From: Azolla caroliniana
Lineage: Eukaryota > Plantae > Polypodiophyta
Direction: 5' to 3'
Length of the DNA: 64,000 nucleotides
NCBI GenBank assembly: GCA_043228905.1
Contig: JBHGNT010000017.1
Coordinates: 2,914,001 to 2,978,000 of the forward strand
In this document: one piece after another, positions 23,012 to 35,500 of the stretch
How the letters are laid out: the number at the start of each line of letters is the position of its first letter
Numbering within the stretch: position 1 is the stretch's first letter
Made by a program: the position numbers and the translations under genes
Notes under the pieces: model-generated
What the model was told of the DNA's origin: nothing
The model's input: only the letters and a program-made list of their open reading frames with translations
The model's database searches: none

Positions 23012-25710
23012 TCACTTCAAATTTGAGGAGAGGAGATGGCGGAGGAATATGCCAAGTGCAAGCCCAACGGAATAGCCCACCAGAAGTGCCCACGGAGATA
23101 CAAACTCATGGAACCAAATCACAATCAATAATACCTGCTGCTTCGGGTCCCCTGTGCTTCTACTTCTACTACTCGCATTGTGGTCGCTTGTGTTGCAGGA
23201 GGAAAGAGGGCATCCATAAAGCCCCGGGTTGTTCTCAAAGCTTGCAGACGTGAACCTGGTGTCGAAGTGGTTCTGTGTAGGAATGGGTCCTTCCAGTTGG
23301 TTGTGGGCGAGGTTTAGAGTAGAGAGGCTGTCCAGAGACGTGAGATCTTGTGGGATGCCACCGCTGAGCTGGTTGTAGGACAGGTCCAACTCCTCCAAAT
23401 GTATCAACCTGCCGAATGTACCCTCACCTATGGGGCCGCTGATTCGGTTGTGGGACAGGTTGGCTCCTGTCAAACCTTGCAGCTCCCCAAAGCTCTCCGG
23501 AATTTCCCCTTCCAGATCGTTCATGGACACATCAATGTAGATACGGGTACTCAGAATATATTTAAGAGTGAAGACATTGTTCTTAATCGTGACTAGCACC
23601 TCCTCGTAGAGGGTGTTCTGGTTCATGTCTGAGGTTTGATTGCGCTTGAAGTAAGAGAGGTGTGTGAGAGTCACAGGGAAGCGGCCGCTGAAGCGATTGT
23701 TGGAGAGGTCCAAACCCAACCAGGGATGTCTCCGCATAGCTGGTTGTAGCTCACCGAGAGCACCCTTAGGTTGGATAAACCAGTGATGTGAGGAGTAGCA
23801 GTATTACCTAAGGTTCCGGTGAGATATTTGTTCCTCTGCACTTCAAAGACGACCAGTAACTTACTCTCTGTTAGGCCAGCAGGTAAACCCCCTTCCAAAG
23901 CATTTTCATAGACACTAAAACTCTCGAGGCTGCGCATCTTGGACAGATCCAAGCTCTCTATCTTCCCAGTCAAATTGTTTTGAGAGAGACGTAAGACATG
24001 AAGAGCCGTCAGATTATGTAAAGCGTCAACAGGGACAATCCCTTCTAGGCTGTTTGTAAATAGAGAGAGTTCCTCGAGATATCTGAGCATTCCCAGCTCA
24101 TTGGGGATGGAACCCGTAAGAGTGTTAAACCCTAATTGGAGCTGGATGAGTTGTGAGCAGCTACCGAGTGCAGCCGGTATCTTCCCTGTCAGCTTGTTGC
24201 TCTGGAGAACCAAGGACTGTAGCTGGGTGAGGTTCCCGAGGCTAGAAGGGATTGGGCCGTCCAGGTTGTTGCTGTCGAGATCTAAGTACTGTAGCTGGGT
24301 GAGATTCCCGAGGCTGGAAGGGATGGGGCCCGAGAAGTTGTTGTAGGAGAGATCCAAGGTCTGTAGCTGGATGAGATCCCCGAGGCTGGAAGGGATGGGG
24401 CCCGAGAAGTTGTTGTAGTAGAGATCCAAGGACTGTAGCTGGATGAGATTCCCGAGGCTAGAAGGGATGGGGCCGTCCAGGTTGTTGGCCGCGAGATCTA
24501 AGTACTGTAGCTGGGTGAGGTTGCCGAGGCTAGAAGGGATGGGGCCGTCCAGGTTGTTGGCCACGAGATCTAAGTACTGTAGCTGGGTGAGGTTGCCGAG
24601 GCTAGAAGGCATGGGGCCTGACAGGTTGTTTCTGTCGAGAGCCAAGGTCTGTAACTGGTTGAGGTTGCCGAGGCTGGAAGGGATGGGGCCTGAGAATTTG
24701 TTTAAGGAGAGATCCAAGGTCTGTAGCTGGATTAGATTCCCGAGGCTAGAAGGGATGGGGCCTGACAGGTTGGTGCTATCGAGACCCAAGGTCTGTAGCT
24801 GGATGAGATCCCCGAGGCTGGAAGGGATGGGGCCTGAGAATTTGTTGAAGGAGAGACCCAAGGTCTGTAGCTGGATGAGATTCCCGAGGCTAGAAGGGAT
24901 GGTGCCTGACAGGTTGGTGCTATCGAGACCCAAGGTCTGTAGCTGGATGAGATCCCCGAGGCTAGAAGGAATGGGGCCTGAGAATTTGCTGAAGGAGAGA
25001 TCCAAGGTCTGTAGCTGGATGAGATTCCCGAGGCTAGAAGGAATGGGGCCTTCCAGTTTGTTTCTCTGGAGGGACAAGGTGTTTAGGTGGGTGAGGTTGC
25101 CGAGGCTAGAAGGGATGGGACCGTCCAGGTTGGTGCTCTGGAGATCCAAGGTCTGTAGCTGGATGAGATCCCCGAGGCTAGAAGGGATGGGGCCTGAGAA
25201 TTTGTTGAAGGAGAGAACCAAGGTGTGTAGCTGAATGAGACCCCCGAGGCTAGAAGGGATGGGGCCTGAGAAGTTGTTGTCGGAGAGGTCGAGAAGAGAG
25301 AGGGAAGGGAGGAGAGCCAGAGAAGGGGAGATGGAACCAGAGAGGCTGCAGGAGGAGAGGTCGAGGGAGGTGATGTGGAAGAGGTCATCACAGAGCAGGC
25401 CGTACCAGCCAGCGGTGCGATTGGAGGGGCAGTAGGAGGGCGGCGCTGTGGTGGCAGAGGTGGAGGTGGAGGTGGAGATGGTGGTGGTGGTGGTGGTCCA
25501 GGAGGAGAGGCAAGGAGAGGGGTCATGGGTGATGGCATCCTTGAATGCTATTAGAGCTTGGGCTTGGGCTTGCACTACGGCCATGTCAGAGGAGGAGGAG
25601 GTGGTGGGAGAGGGAGTGGGAGTGGGCGTGACAGCCACAGGAAGAGCCAGAACCTCCTCAGGCATTGCGGAATGTATGACGAGAATAAGGATTGAGAGGA
25701 GGCTCAGCAT
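23012..25710 (-). pseudogene. Intronless LRR receptor-like protein (RLP), frameshifted near 23712
   Basis: Signal peptide, LRRNT (C..WYGLLC), >20 plant LRRs LxxLxLxxNxLxGxIP, island domain, 4 final LRRs, FENNPGLYG, TM WALLVGYSVGLALGIFL, short tail, no kinase; two overlapping ORFs. Confidence 0.9.
24160..25290. repeat. 72-bp near-identical tandem array encoding LRRs
   Basis: CCGAGGCT(A/G)GAAGG..TGGGGCC recurs every 72 bp about 15 times. Confidence 0.92.
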
Positions 25711-25779
25711 CTCGTGAACGGAATATGAAGTATGGTGGAAACCAACGGAGGAGGAACGGAGTGTTGGATAAAGAGGATG

Positions 25780-25815
25780 GAGTGAGTGAGTGAGTGAGTG
25801 AGTGAGTGAGTGAGT
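25780..25815. repeat. (GAGT)9 microsatellite upstream of RLP start
   Basis: Directly visible. Confidence 0.9.
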
Positions 25816-26929
25816 CTTTCGTTATCCATAGCCTCTGCGTTTGAAGAAACAATTATGTTTGTACACAACCATTACCATAGTTTATTTAGATTCGGGAAAC
25901 TTTTGTAAAAGCATGCCCACTTCTGATCTAATGTTTAGGTTTGTCTCACAAGCTAGTCAATCATTGCATTTTTTTGTTACTAAGAAGTTTTTCCCAACCT
26001 CAACGATTTTGTTTGGATTGTTTCTTCACCACCCTCAACAATGCAAGATAATTTCTTGTCGGGCCCACATGTACAATCAATTGTCTTTAAACGTAAAGTC
26101 TAGATCATACCCATCTACCTTCCATCTTCCAAAATAATTAGTTCCACCTTAGGGCTAGTCATAGCAATGGGTCATAAGTAATACTTAGCGAATTCGTTTA
26201 AAAGTGGTAGTACGGAACCAAACTTTCTTCATGAATCATTGAAATCAACACAAGATTCATGATAAGATAGGTTCTCCAAGTTATTGAAATTAATACACAT
26301 ACTTTACATGTGATTTGTATATTCTTTGACACATTCAAGAGCTCAATCAAGACTTATGAAATTCAAGGGCAACTTTTATCTAATGTCAACCAACACACCC
26401 AAAAGCGGAAATGAGAACATACCTACAAGATTCATATTTCTAAGGTCAATCAAGTGATATGGGGAAAAGTAAGAAGAAGATAATACAACAAATTCAATGG
26501 AGGCACATTACAATTTTCCCCAATGTTGGTGACATACGAGAACTTTGGCACTAAAACAATTTGTCAATCATCAAATTAATTATCAATGCGAACAACCAAA
26601 ATGACGGCAATACAACCAAGAAACTACCCCACTTTTATATATAGAGGAGAACTAATACAAATGGTGTAAAGCCTCAAATATCGTAATATTATGTCTCACT
26701 GACAAGTAGGTGGAATGTATGCAATAGGTCTAGACTTCAAGTAGGTTGAAATAGTAATTTTACAATTGAGATGAAACTAAAGTGACATTTAACTATGGAA
26801 AGTAAGATTTATGTCATCGAACATTTAGTGGTTCAAGTGTTGCTTTATGGAGTGACAGTTTAGGGTAGCACTATCTCACTTAGTGCATGGGATGAAATAG
26901 AGAAAATTAACAAACAATTGTAACATGGA

Positions 26930-27180
26930 CAATTAGGATTAAAATCCTCAACATCGCATCCTCTCATGTTATTAGAAGTAGGTGTTCAACCAATAGAGGT
27001 GCTAGTCATATGACGATTATATATGCAGTATGTCACAAAAGCCAAGAATATACTTGATCACATATTGCCAAAACAAGTTTGCAATGTAGGATGCAAGGTA
27101 AAAAGAAAATAAGAGCAAAATCCCCTCATTTGTTTGGATGCGTGACATTATGAAATGGTTCAAGAGATGGGGAAATAGAA
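26930..27180 (+). mobile_element. Old LINE 3' fragment
   Basis: Translates LGLKSSTSHPLMLLEVGVQPIEV, similar to YALLLLEMGFLPIEI in the neighbouring LINE. Confidence 0.5.
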
Positions 27181-27399
27181 GGTATGTTGGGGAAATAGGT
27201 GATCACACAGGAGAAAAAGGAAAGGAAAGGCTAAAAACATAAGGGTTGCTCCCAAAGCGTCATTCTTTCTAGTCTCCACCTTAAATATTACTAGATACGT
27301 TGAGGATGAAGTGGCAAGATGCTAAAATGCCAAATTTGGAATATTACATTATGAATGTTAACCTTTAATGTTTTTCCCCGATACAACTTAGGAAAGCCA

Positions 27400-28680
27400 A
27401 AATGTATCTATCCAAACATTATTACTCCCAAGAGCCTTGACTCTCGAAGAGCCCTTACAGTTTTTCAAACTTGCTTGCACAGGAGGAAAGTCGCTTGAGA
27501 GATTTATGTTTATATTGTTGCTTCTTAGACTTCAGGAAAGGTTTTGTTATGGTACTTCGTGAGCATCTTTGGAGGCAAATGAAAGAACTCAAAGTGCCAA
27601 GTGAATATACACTTGCAATTTCCCGAATCTATAAGAAGGTTGTGTGTTGTGTGCATATGGGTGATAGACTTTTAGATTGTTTCACTAGCATTATTGGTGT
27701 TAAGCAAGGATGCCCACTCTCACCATCTCTATTTGGTCTATGCATTGATCAATTGGAAGAAATAGTTGCAAAGTTGGTAAAGGAAGAAGCGTTGAAGAAG
27801 TTGTCATCGGGAATGTGGTCATTATGCTTTTGGTATATGTTGATAATATAGTTTTTTTTTTCAAATACTTTAGGTGATGCACAAAAGCTTATAAAGGTAT
27901 TGGAAATGAATTGCATGCACACTACATTTAGTGTCAACGACGCTAAAACAAAGATTATGCTTTCAAAGAGCCAAATAAATAAATAAATCGTTATGTACAA
28001 TAATCAACCACTAGAGTGTGTGGAAAGATTGAAATCTATTTAAATCATAGATGGAATCAATGTGCTACCCATCAGCTAGAGGTGGGAAAGAGGACATATT
28101 ATGCATTTCAGAACACGTGGAATCATGGAGAAATTATGTGATGGGTGATAGCATCCCTAAATCTACTTGGAAAGAGTTTGAGAATGTCCAAAAGCATTTC
28201 TACAATTTAGGAAACAAACACCATACACCCTCCTACTTGAGACGATATCACTTCCCATTGAGATCAAGACCATGGAAAGGGCTGTCGAATACATGCTCAA
28301 GGTTCAAAAAAGTCTCTCATATCGACTTCTTAGGATTGCACGAGAAGTAAGCAAAATTTTGTGTTTTGATTAGATGCAAGATATGGAAAAATGGTTTGGT
28401 AAATGGGATGCAACACACTTGCTTTAACATGCATCACTAGAATCCTCATAACAACGGCAATGTATCATAACATGGGGAAAATGTGGAGGCTCACGCTTCA
28501 CACATTATACTACACAAGTTGCACCTAACCACAAAACCATATTTTTCATGACACACATCGACACATGTTAGAGCCTATCCGATTGTCTGCCATCTTAGCC
28601 ATTGCTTCTATGCAACTTAGCTCACACACATCGCAATGTGAGATGGGGTTTTGGGGCACATGTATAGAAGACAATCTTAA
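27400..28680 (+). mobile_element. Degenerate LINE RT fragment
   Basis: YCCFLDFRKGF, GVKQGCPLSPSLF, KSTWKEFENVQKHF. Confidence 0.85.
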
Positions 28681-28719
28681 AAACATGTCGCTCCTCACGT
28701 GGAGGCTAATAATAATAGT

Positions 28720-29105
28720 TTTCTTTAGGATATCCACCAAGAATCCAAATCCAATGACATAAAAAAGAATCAACTTCCCAATAAGATCCCCAAAATGCTT
28801 AGGTGCCAAAGGATTGTCAAGGACAACATCTTCCAGCTGCTCTGTTGTGAGTCTTAATATCCTTGCCTCACAAAGCCTTTTCTGCCCATAAATCTACGAA
28901 GAGCTTCTTTACCAGATCCCTCTCTCCCGCTATTGGCCTTCTAATGACTCTAATAAGATTGTCCTGACCATTTACACCAACTGAGAATGGAAGTCTTGGC
29001 TTTGCGGCTCTTCAACACATAATCTCGCTTCTTTAAGATCACCAATTGAAATCAATCCTTTAAGCAAGGACTCGGATTTTCTTTGGAGGACTGCAAGAGA
29101 TAGCC
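28720..29105 (-). pseudogene. eIF4G/eIF(iso)4G-like MA3 (MI) domain fragment
   Basis: Manual translation LQRKSESLLKGLISIGDLKEARLCVEE..FHSQLV*..RDLVKKLF..EQLEDVVLDNPLAPKHFGDLIGKLIL..DILKK with stops and frameshifts. Confidence 0.72.
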
Positions 29106-29699
29106 CAATAGGTGTTGGACCGCTTCTCTACGAGGCCATCTAGGTCCTGATTACTGAATGACTTTTAAAGTAAATTTTTGTGGCGCTCGCTGCCTTTGGA
29201 ACCCTTGCAATTGCGTTGGCATGTAAGTGGAAGACTATTCCATGTGAGCCATGATAAATTACAGAGGAACAAACAGTAGATAATATATTGTTCAAAAATA
29301 TTTTGTACCCTTTTGGCTCAATACTTCTTTGATCATCACTTTACATGCAATATGTTTCATACTCTTCTTGCCGTGTTTCTAGAATACATACTCTTGCTAC
29401 CTTGTTTCACATGTGTATTTTGCAGGAAGAAGATTCAGATGTTCTTACCTGTTGGATACTTGGGAGACATATCTCGAAGAAGCCACCACTACAGGAAATG
29501 AAATCTCGGAAGAAATGAAGATTGGGCTCCTATTGAGTAAAATTCAAGAATCCTGAAGCATGTTTGTCACTACGTTTGATTACCAAGATCCGCCATGAAA
29601 AAATTCGGCGGAAATTAAAAGAATCCACTCCGTCTTTGGCAATGACTGCAGCATTTCGCAAAACACAAAAATCATCTTATAATAATAGATATAGAGCTA

Positions 29700-30320
29700 A
29701 ATTAGATACTTATGGAAAATTATACAAAAATATCAAGTACCAACAAGGTAAATGATGCTTGGAAAGCTTCAACAAAACAGTCAAATCGTGGTTTCAAACT
29801 GATTTGCAGATACCGTAAGAAAGAAGGGCATATGGAAAGGGTATGTCAATTCAAGCAAGCTACAGAAAATAAAAGACAATCACAATTGAATAATGCAACA
29901 TTAGAAGGAAAATCAAACTCGAAATTAGAAGAATATTCAGAATTTGGAGGGGATTTAGATGAAATACTAGAAGATGATAATGTCTTGTAGGCATACCATG
30001 TCACTGCAAAAGAGGCAAAAACTGAACATGATACATGGTACCTAGACACTGGTGCTACACATCACCTCACATATCGAAAGGACTGGTTAAACCGCTATCA
30101 CGTTCTGTCCAATTCATTATCAGTTACTTTTGGAGACAACATACGAAAAACAACAATCGTGAAAGGAAGTATTCAATTCAGATTGTCAGATAATAACGAG
30201 ATTATAGTCCCAAATGTCTATTATGAACCAGGACTAGCTTTCTGTAAAGAGAAAGCAATTCTATTTTTCAAAAATGGAAACACAAGTACACGGTGTGTCC
30301 TAAGGAGAAGCACTTATATA
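29700..30320 (+). mobile_element. Old AT-rich copia remnant 'G' (knuckle + protease)
   Basis: CRYRKKEGHMERVC; WYLDTGATHHLT at ~30036. Confidence 0.75.
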
Positions 30321-30956
30321 TGTTGAGAAGCAAGCACAACATGGGTTGTATCGGCTGAAGAAGCCGAGCACTGGATCAGATGAAGACCCATCGGATAAGC
30401 TGACAAGCCATTAGAGGCCTATATTCCTATTCTAGTAAATAGGAATACTTTTAGGAGTTAGTGTCAAATGCTCTTATGTGAGCATTAAAGTATCAATGAT
30501 ACTTGTGTTAGCATGCTGTCAGGGCTTGTATAAAAGTGCTCATTGAGTATAATCATATGTACAGAGTGTATTATTTTTTAATTGAGTTTTTTAGTCTTTT
30601 GCTATCTCTGTCTCTCTCACTCCAACTCTCTGTGTAGAATCTTTGTGTTTTCTCTATTGCTGTCCGGGTGAGCTGACTGTGTTTATTGCTCATAAGCTTC
30701 CACATATGAAACTCTTTACATGGTATCAGAGCGTGAGGGTTGAGAATCCTCTACTGCTGACAAGCGCTTTAACATAGGCAAGTTTTTAATCTCCGAACTA
30801 GAACAAATAGAAAAATGGACAGAGGAATAGGTGGCGCTCTTTCGATAGAGAAGTTGGACGGAAGCAACTACGCATATTGGAAGTACAAGACGCACCAGTT
30901 CCTGCTCAGGCACTACTACTGGAGTTACATCCATGGAGAAAACGAAGTATTACTAG
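30321..30956 (+). mobile_element. Copia 'F' 5' end: LTR 30321-30720, PBS 30721-30732, gag start ~30815
   Basis: TGTTGAG...TTTACA, TGGTATCAGAGC, MDRGIGGALSIEKLDGSNY similar to copia A gag. Confidence 0.88.
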
Positions 30957-32519
30957 TGTTAGGAATCAAGCTCAACTTGATCTAGTGTGTGAACTCACCT
31001 TGAGAGTGAATAGACACTCCAACGGTCAAGAGTCACCACTATGTCACCACTTTGTATTCTAGCATTTAGTATGAGTGATAGAATCATATTCTATGACACA
31101 TAACTTATGAGCTTTCAAATTCCCCATGCTCCATGAGTCTTGTAGTTAATGAAGAGAGAGGGTGACTATATAAAGCACCCTCCTCCCACCTTGTACATGT
31201 TAAGTCTTTCTCCTTTGTTAATACACTTTTACCTTGCTTATTCTCTGTGTCTTACTCCTTGTCTCTCACACACTCTCTCTCTCTCTCATACACACACATA
31301 ACTCACATCTCTTCCACCTCACAAGAATCATATCTGATTCTTTACATGGTATCAGAGCGATTTGGGAGCTCGATCTAGCCCATTCGCCTCATCGTGATCG
31401 TGTGTTGTGCTCTACGCCGACGACCAAGAACTAGCTCATCGCTATCGTAGCTTCACTACATAGCTCGCATTCGAAGAGAGAAGAAGAAGAAGAAGAAGAA
31501 TCGACATAATGAATACTCAAATGGGGAGCGCTCTCCCTACCGAGAAGTTGGATCGAAACAACTTCGCATCTTGGGAGTACAAGATGCACCAATACCTTGT
31601 CGGACAAGGCTATTGGAGCTACATCAAAGGAGAGCACGAAGACTGACCCGCTGAAGCGGCTCTCGGATACGCGACATGGGAGCTGTAAACGATTACTTGC
31701 GGAAGTGTTAGAAAATAGAGAAGGTAGGGAATACACAGAGTACACGGGAGAGACAAAGAGAGAGCAGAACTTCAAGGCTATATTCAAAAACGATAAAAAC
31801 ACTCTGTACATACAACTATGCTCAGTAACATTATTTATACAAGTCCTCGTGGGATTGACAGAAGTACCGCGTACTTCAATGCTCACACGAGCATTTGACA
31901 CTTACTACGAGACTATAGTTGCCTAGTAGTGTACACTAATACTAGGCTTCCGGTTACTGATTGGATCCGGCTAACTAGCTCCCCAACTCACCGGCTCGGT
32001 TGCTCACAGCTTACCGATCCGTCTCGCTTGCCGGCTCAGGCTTATTCAGCCGATCCGGCTCAAGTTGAGCTTGCCGCTCAACACTCCCCCTCAAGCTCAA
32101 CTTGAGGTTGGATCTTAGTGTCATTCTCTGTGGCAACTGATTCTTCCAACCGACTTCTCCTGGCGTCACTTCGCCTTGATCGCGCTCCTCGTCCAGTCCG
32201 GTTCTGTTAGCCGCGACCCCTCTTGTTCTGCGCGCCTCGATCTTCTCGGTCGGTATGTTTGCTCAATAGGCCCCTCTTAGCTCCTTCGCTGCTATGACTC
32301 CAACGCTTATCGATCCGTCGGTTTCTCCGTGATGGCATCGACTTTCGCTGCATCCGTGTCTGCTTGGCCTTGAATTGATCTGCTTCTTCTGAATCTGTCT
32401 GTTGAACCGAATCGACTGTCTCCGATTTGTTCCAGCTCTTGTCCAAATCGGTTGCTCCCGATTCGTCTTCTGGTTCCAAGCCCATTACCACATCGAACCA
32501 TGTCCGGGTCTTGGCCTTC

Positions 32520-35500
32520 TGATGGAAAAATCGACACTTTCCAAACTCCACCTCTCGGCCACAACCAAGGAAACACACGAATCGTTGTTGCAGAAAATGG
32601 GAAATGCAAAAGTAAATAAGTGGACACACGATTTAACGTGGAAAACCCTGTAAGGGAAAAACCACGGGAGTACAAGACTCCGAACCAAAACTATGCACAG
32701 AGAAATATACAATGGCGAGCTGCAAGGCGACGACCTTGAGCTCGCTGTCCTCGCCACAGGCGGCGGAATTACACAGAGGCGTCGACCTCTTCCTCTCTCA
32801 CGCTCTATCTCTCTCACGGCTGCTCTCTCTCTTCACTCCTCTTGAGTGGAAAAACAGAAAAATGAGTAGCAACATTAAAACTGTTTGCCCTAAGTCATAT
32901 TTATACACATATGACTTTAGGGCTATTTACAACTATAGCCTCAAGGGCCCTTGGTAAACATATTCACAGATATGTCCCCGCATCCGGATCTCTCTCCGGG
33001 TACATTCGTCATCCGGCTCCGAAGCCGGGGTCTTCATCATCCGGTTCCGAAACCGCAACCGGGCTTGTCGTCATTCATCTCCGACATCCGACCATCCCAT
33101 CCGAAAGGGACCGTAAACCCAACAAACTCCCCCTTCACTTCGGCATGGGATGTCTCTCCAATCCGATCCTCTTTCGGCATGCTTCCAGCTTGTCGGGTGT
33201 GAGCACCTTGGTCAGCATATCCGACCGGTTCTCGTCCGTGTGGATCTTCGTCAGCACGAACTCCTTGTCTTCTATCCTTTCCCGGATCCAGTGATATCTT
33301 CGCTGGATGTGCTTCGTCCGGGAGTGATAGGCCACGTTCTTCGCAAGGTGGATTGCACTCTGACTGTCGCAGTAGAGTCGGTACTCCTCCTGCCGGATAC
33401 CGAGCTCTCTAATGAAGTCCTTCATCCATATTATTTCCTTGCCGGCTTCAACAGCCGCCATGTACTCCGCCTCCGTGGTTGACAACGCAACCGTCTTCTG
33501 CAGCCTCGACTACCATGAAACAGCTCCCCCTGCATACGTCATCACATACCCTGATGTGGACCGGTTGGTATCTGCATCAGCCGACATATCCGAATCGGTA
33601 AAGCCGTCGAGTTCGGGCTTACCGGAACCGAATCGGAGGCACACGTTTGCCGTGCCCTTCAGGTATCGGAGTATCCACTTGGCCGCGTTCCAATGCTCTT
33701 TGCCGGGATTGCTCATGTACCGGCTCACCACTCCGACTGCGTATCCAATGTCCGGTCTTGTACACACCATTGCGTACATCAAGCTTCCGACGGCAGAGGC
33801 ATATGGCACTTTCATCATGTCCTCCTTCTCAGCCTTTGTCTTGGGGCTTTGCTTGCTGGACAGCTTGCAGTTTGCCGGGAGGGTCGATCCGACCGGTCTT
33901 GCTTCCGACATGTTGAACCGTTTAAGCACCTTTGTCACGTACTTCTCCTGTGACAGCCACAACTGCTTCTTGCTCCGGTCACGGATGATGTGCATCCCTG
34001 GTATTTGTCTCGCCGGACCCAAGTCCTTCATTGAGAAGGTTCGGTGAAGAGCCTTCTTCAGCATCCGTATCTTGACCTGGTCCCGTCCGACGATCAACAT
34101 GTCGTCCACGTACAGGAGGAGTATTAGAAAGTCTCCCCCTTCGAACTTCTTCACAAACACGCAGTGGTCGGACTGCGTTTTGAGGTACCCTTCGTCGGTC
34201 ATGAAAGAGTCGAACTTCCGGTACCATTGCCGGGGAGCCTACTTCAGACCGTAAAGGCTCTTCTTCAACCGGCATACCAGGTGCTCCTTCCCTTTCTTCT
34301 CGAATCCTTCCGGTTGCTGCATGTAGATCTCTTCTTCGAGGTCACCGTGAAGGAATGCCGTCTTCACGTCCATCTGTTCTACCTCGAGGTCCATGCTTGC
34401 CGCTATGCTCAACACCGTCCGGATGGAGGTCATCTTCACTACCGGGGCAAATATCTCGTCGAAGTTGACGCCCTTCTTCTGCTGAAACCCCTTCACCACG
34501 ATCCTGGCTTTGTATCTCGGGGGGTTTCCGGCATCTCCCGGTTTCAGCTTGAACACCCACTTGTTTCGAAGTGCCCGCTTTCCTTTCGGCAACTCCACAA
34601 GTTCATATGTGTGGTTCTCATGCAGGGAATCCATCTCGTCCTGCATGGCACTCAACCACCTGCGGCTCTGGGTGTCATGCTTTGCTTCTTCAAAGCTCTC
34701 CGGCTCCCCCTCGTCGGTTAGCAGCACGTGCTCTGGTTCCGGAAATCTCCGGGGGGCCCTTCTCTCTCTTAGAGGATATCTCCGTTCCGGAGCTTCGGTA
34801 ACCGGCTCCTGCGTTTCTTCTTCATCCGAATCCATTTCGGGATCGGGGCCGGTTCCGGTATCATTTTCATCTTCCTTGGCCGGTTCTGTTTCTTCACCGT
34901 CTTCGGCCGGATCTTCGAGTGTTAACCGGTCCCTTGCCGGTCGGGACTGCTCCTCGTAGAGTTTATCCTCACCGGTTGACTTGGAGCTCTTCATCTTCTT
35001 CTCCGACTCCCAGTCGGCGAGTGTCTTGTTCTCCACGAAGATGATATCACGACTTCGGAATATCTTCTTGTCGACCGGGTCCCATACTCGGTAGCCGAAC
35101 TCGTCATCGCCGTAACCGAGGAATATGCATGGCCGGGTCTTTGGATCTAGCTTTCCTCTCCGGTCCTTTGCCACATGCACGTATGCGAGACACCCGAACA
35201 CCTTCAGATGCCGGTAGGATACTTCCCTACCGGTCCACACTCTCTGCGGCGTGTCTCCGTCCAAAGGTACTGAGGGTGATCTGTTTATCACGTATGTCGC
35301 CGTCGACATCGCCTCAGCCCAAAACCCCTTGGGTAATTCCGCATGCGCCAGCATACTCCGGACCCTCTCCATTATGGTCCGGTTCATCCTCTCGGCCAGG
35401 CCGTTCAGTTCCGGCGTCTTCGGCACAGTAAACTCGAGCCGGATTCCCTTCGAGCGACAGTACTCCGCGAACTGCCCCCGGTATTCCCCTCCGTTATCCG

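Noticed and set aside
24443-25234. 263-aa repetitive plus-strand ORF
   Set aside because: Antisense shadow of the 72-bp LRR array.
21576-31346. Large inverted duplication around the RLP (inverted LINEs and same-family copia LTRs)
   Set aside because: Copia E sits in a LINE whereas copia C sits in copia F gag; the right LINE lacks the insertion, so these are independent events.
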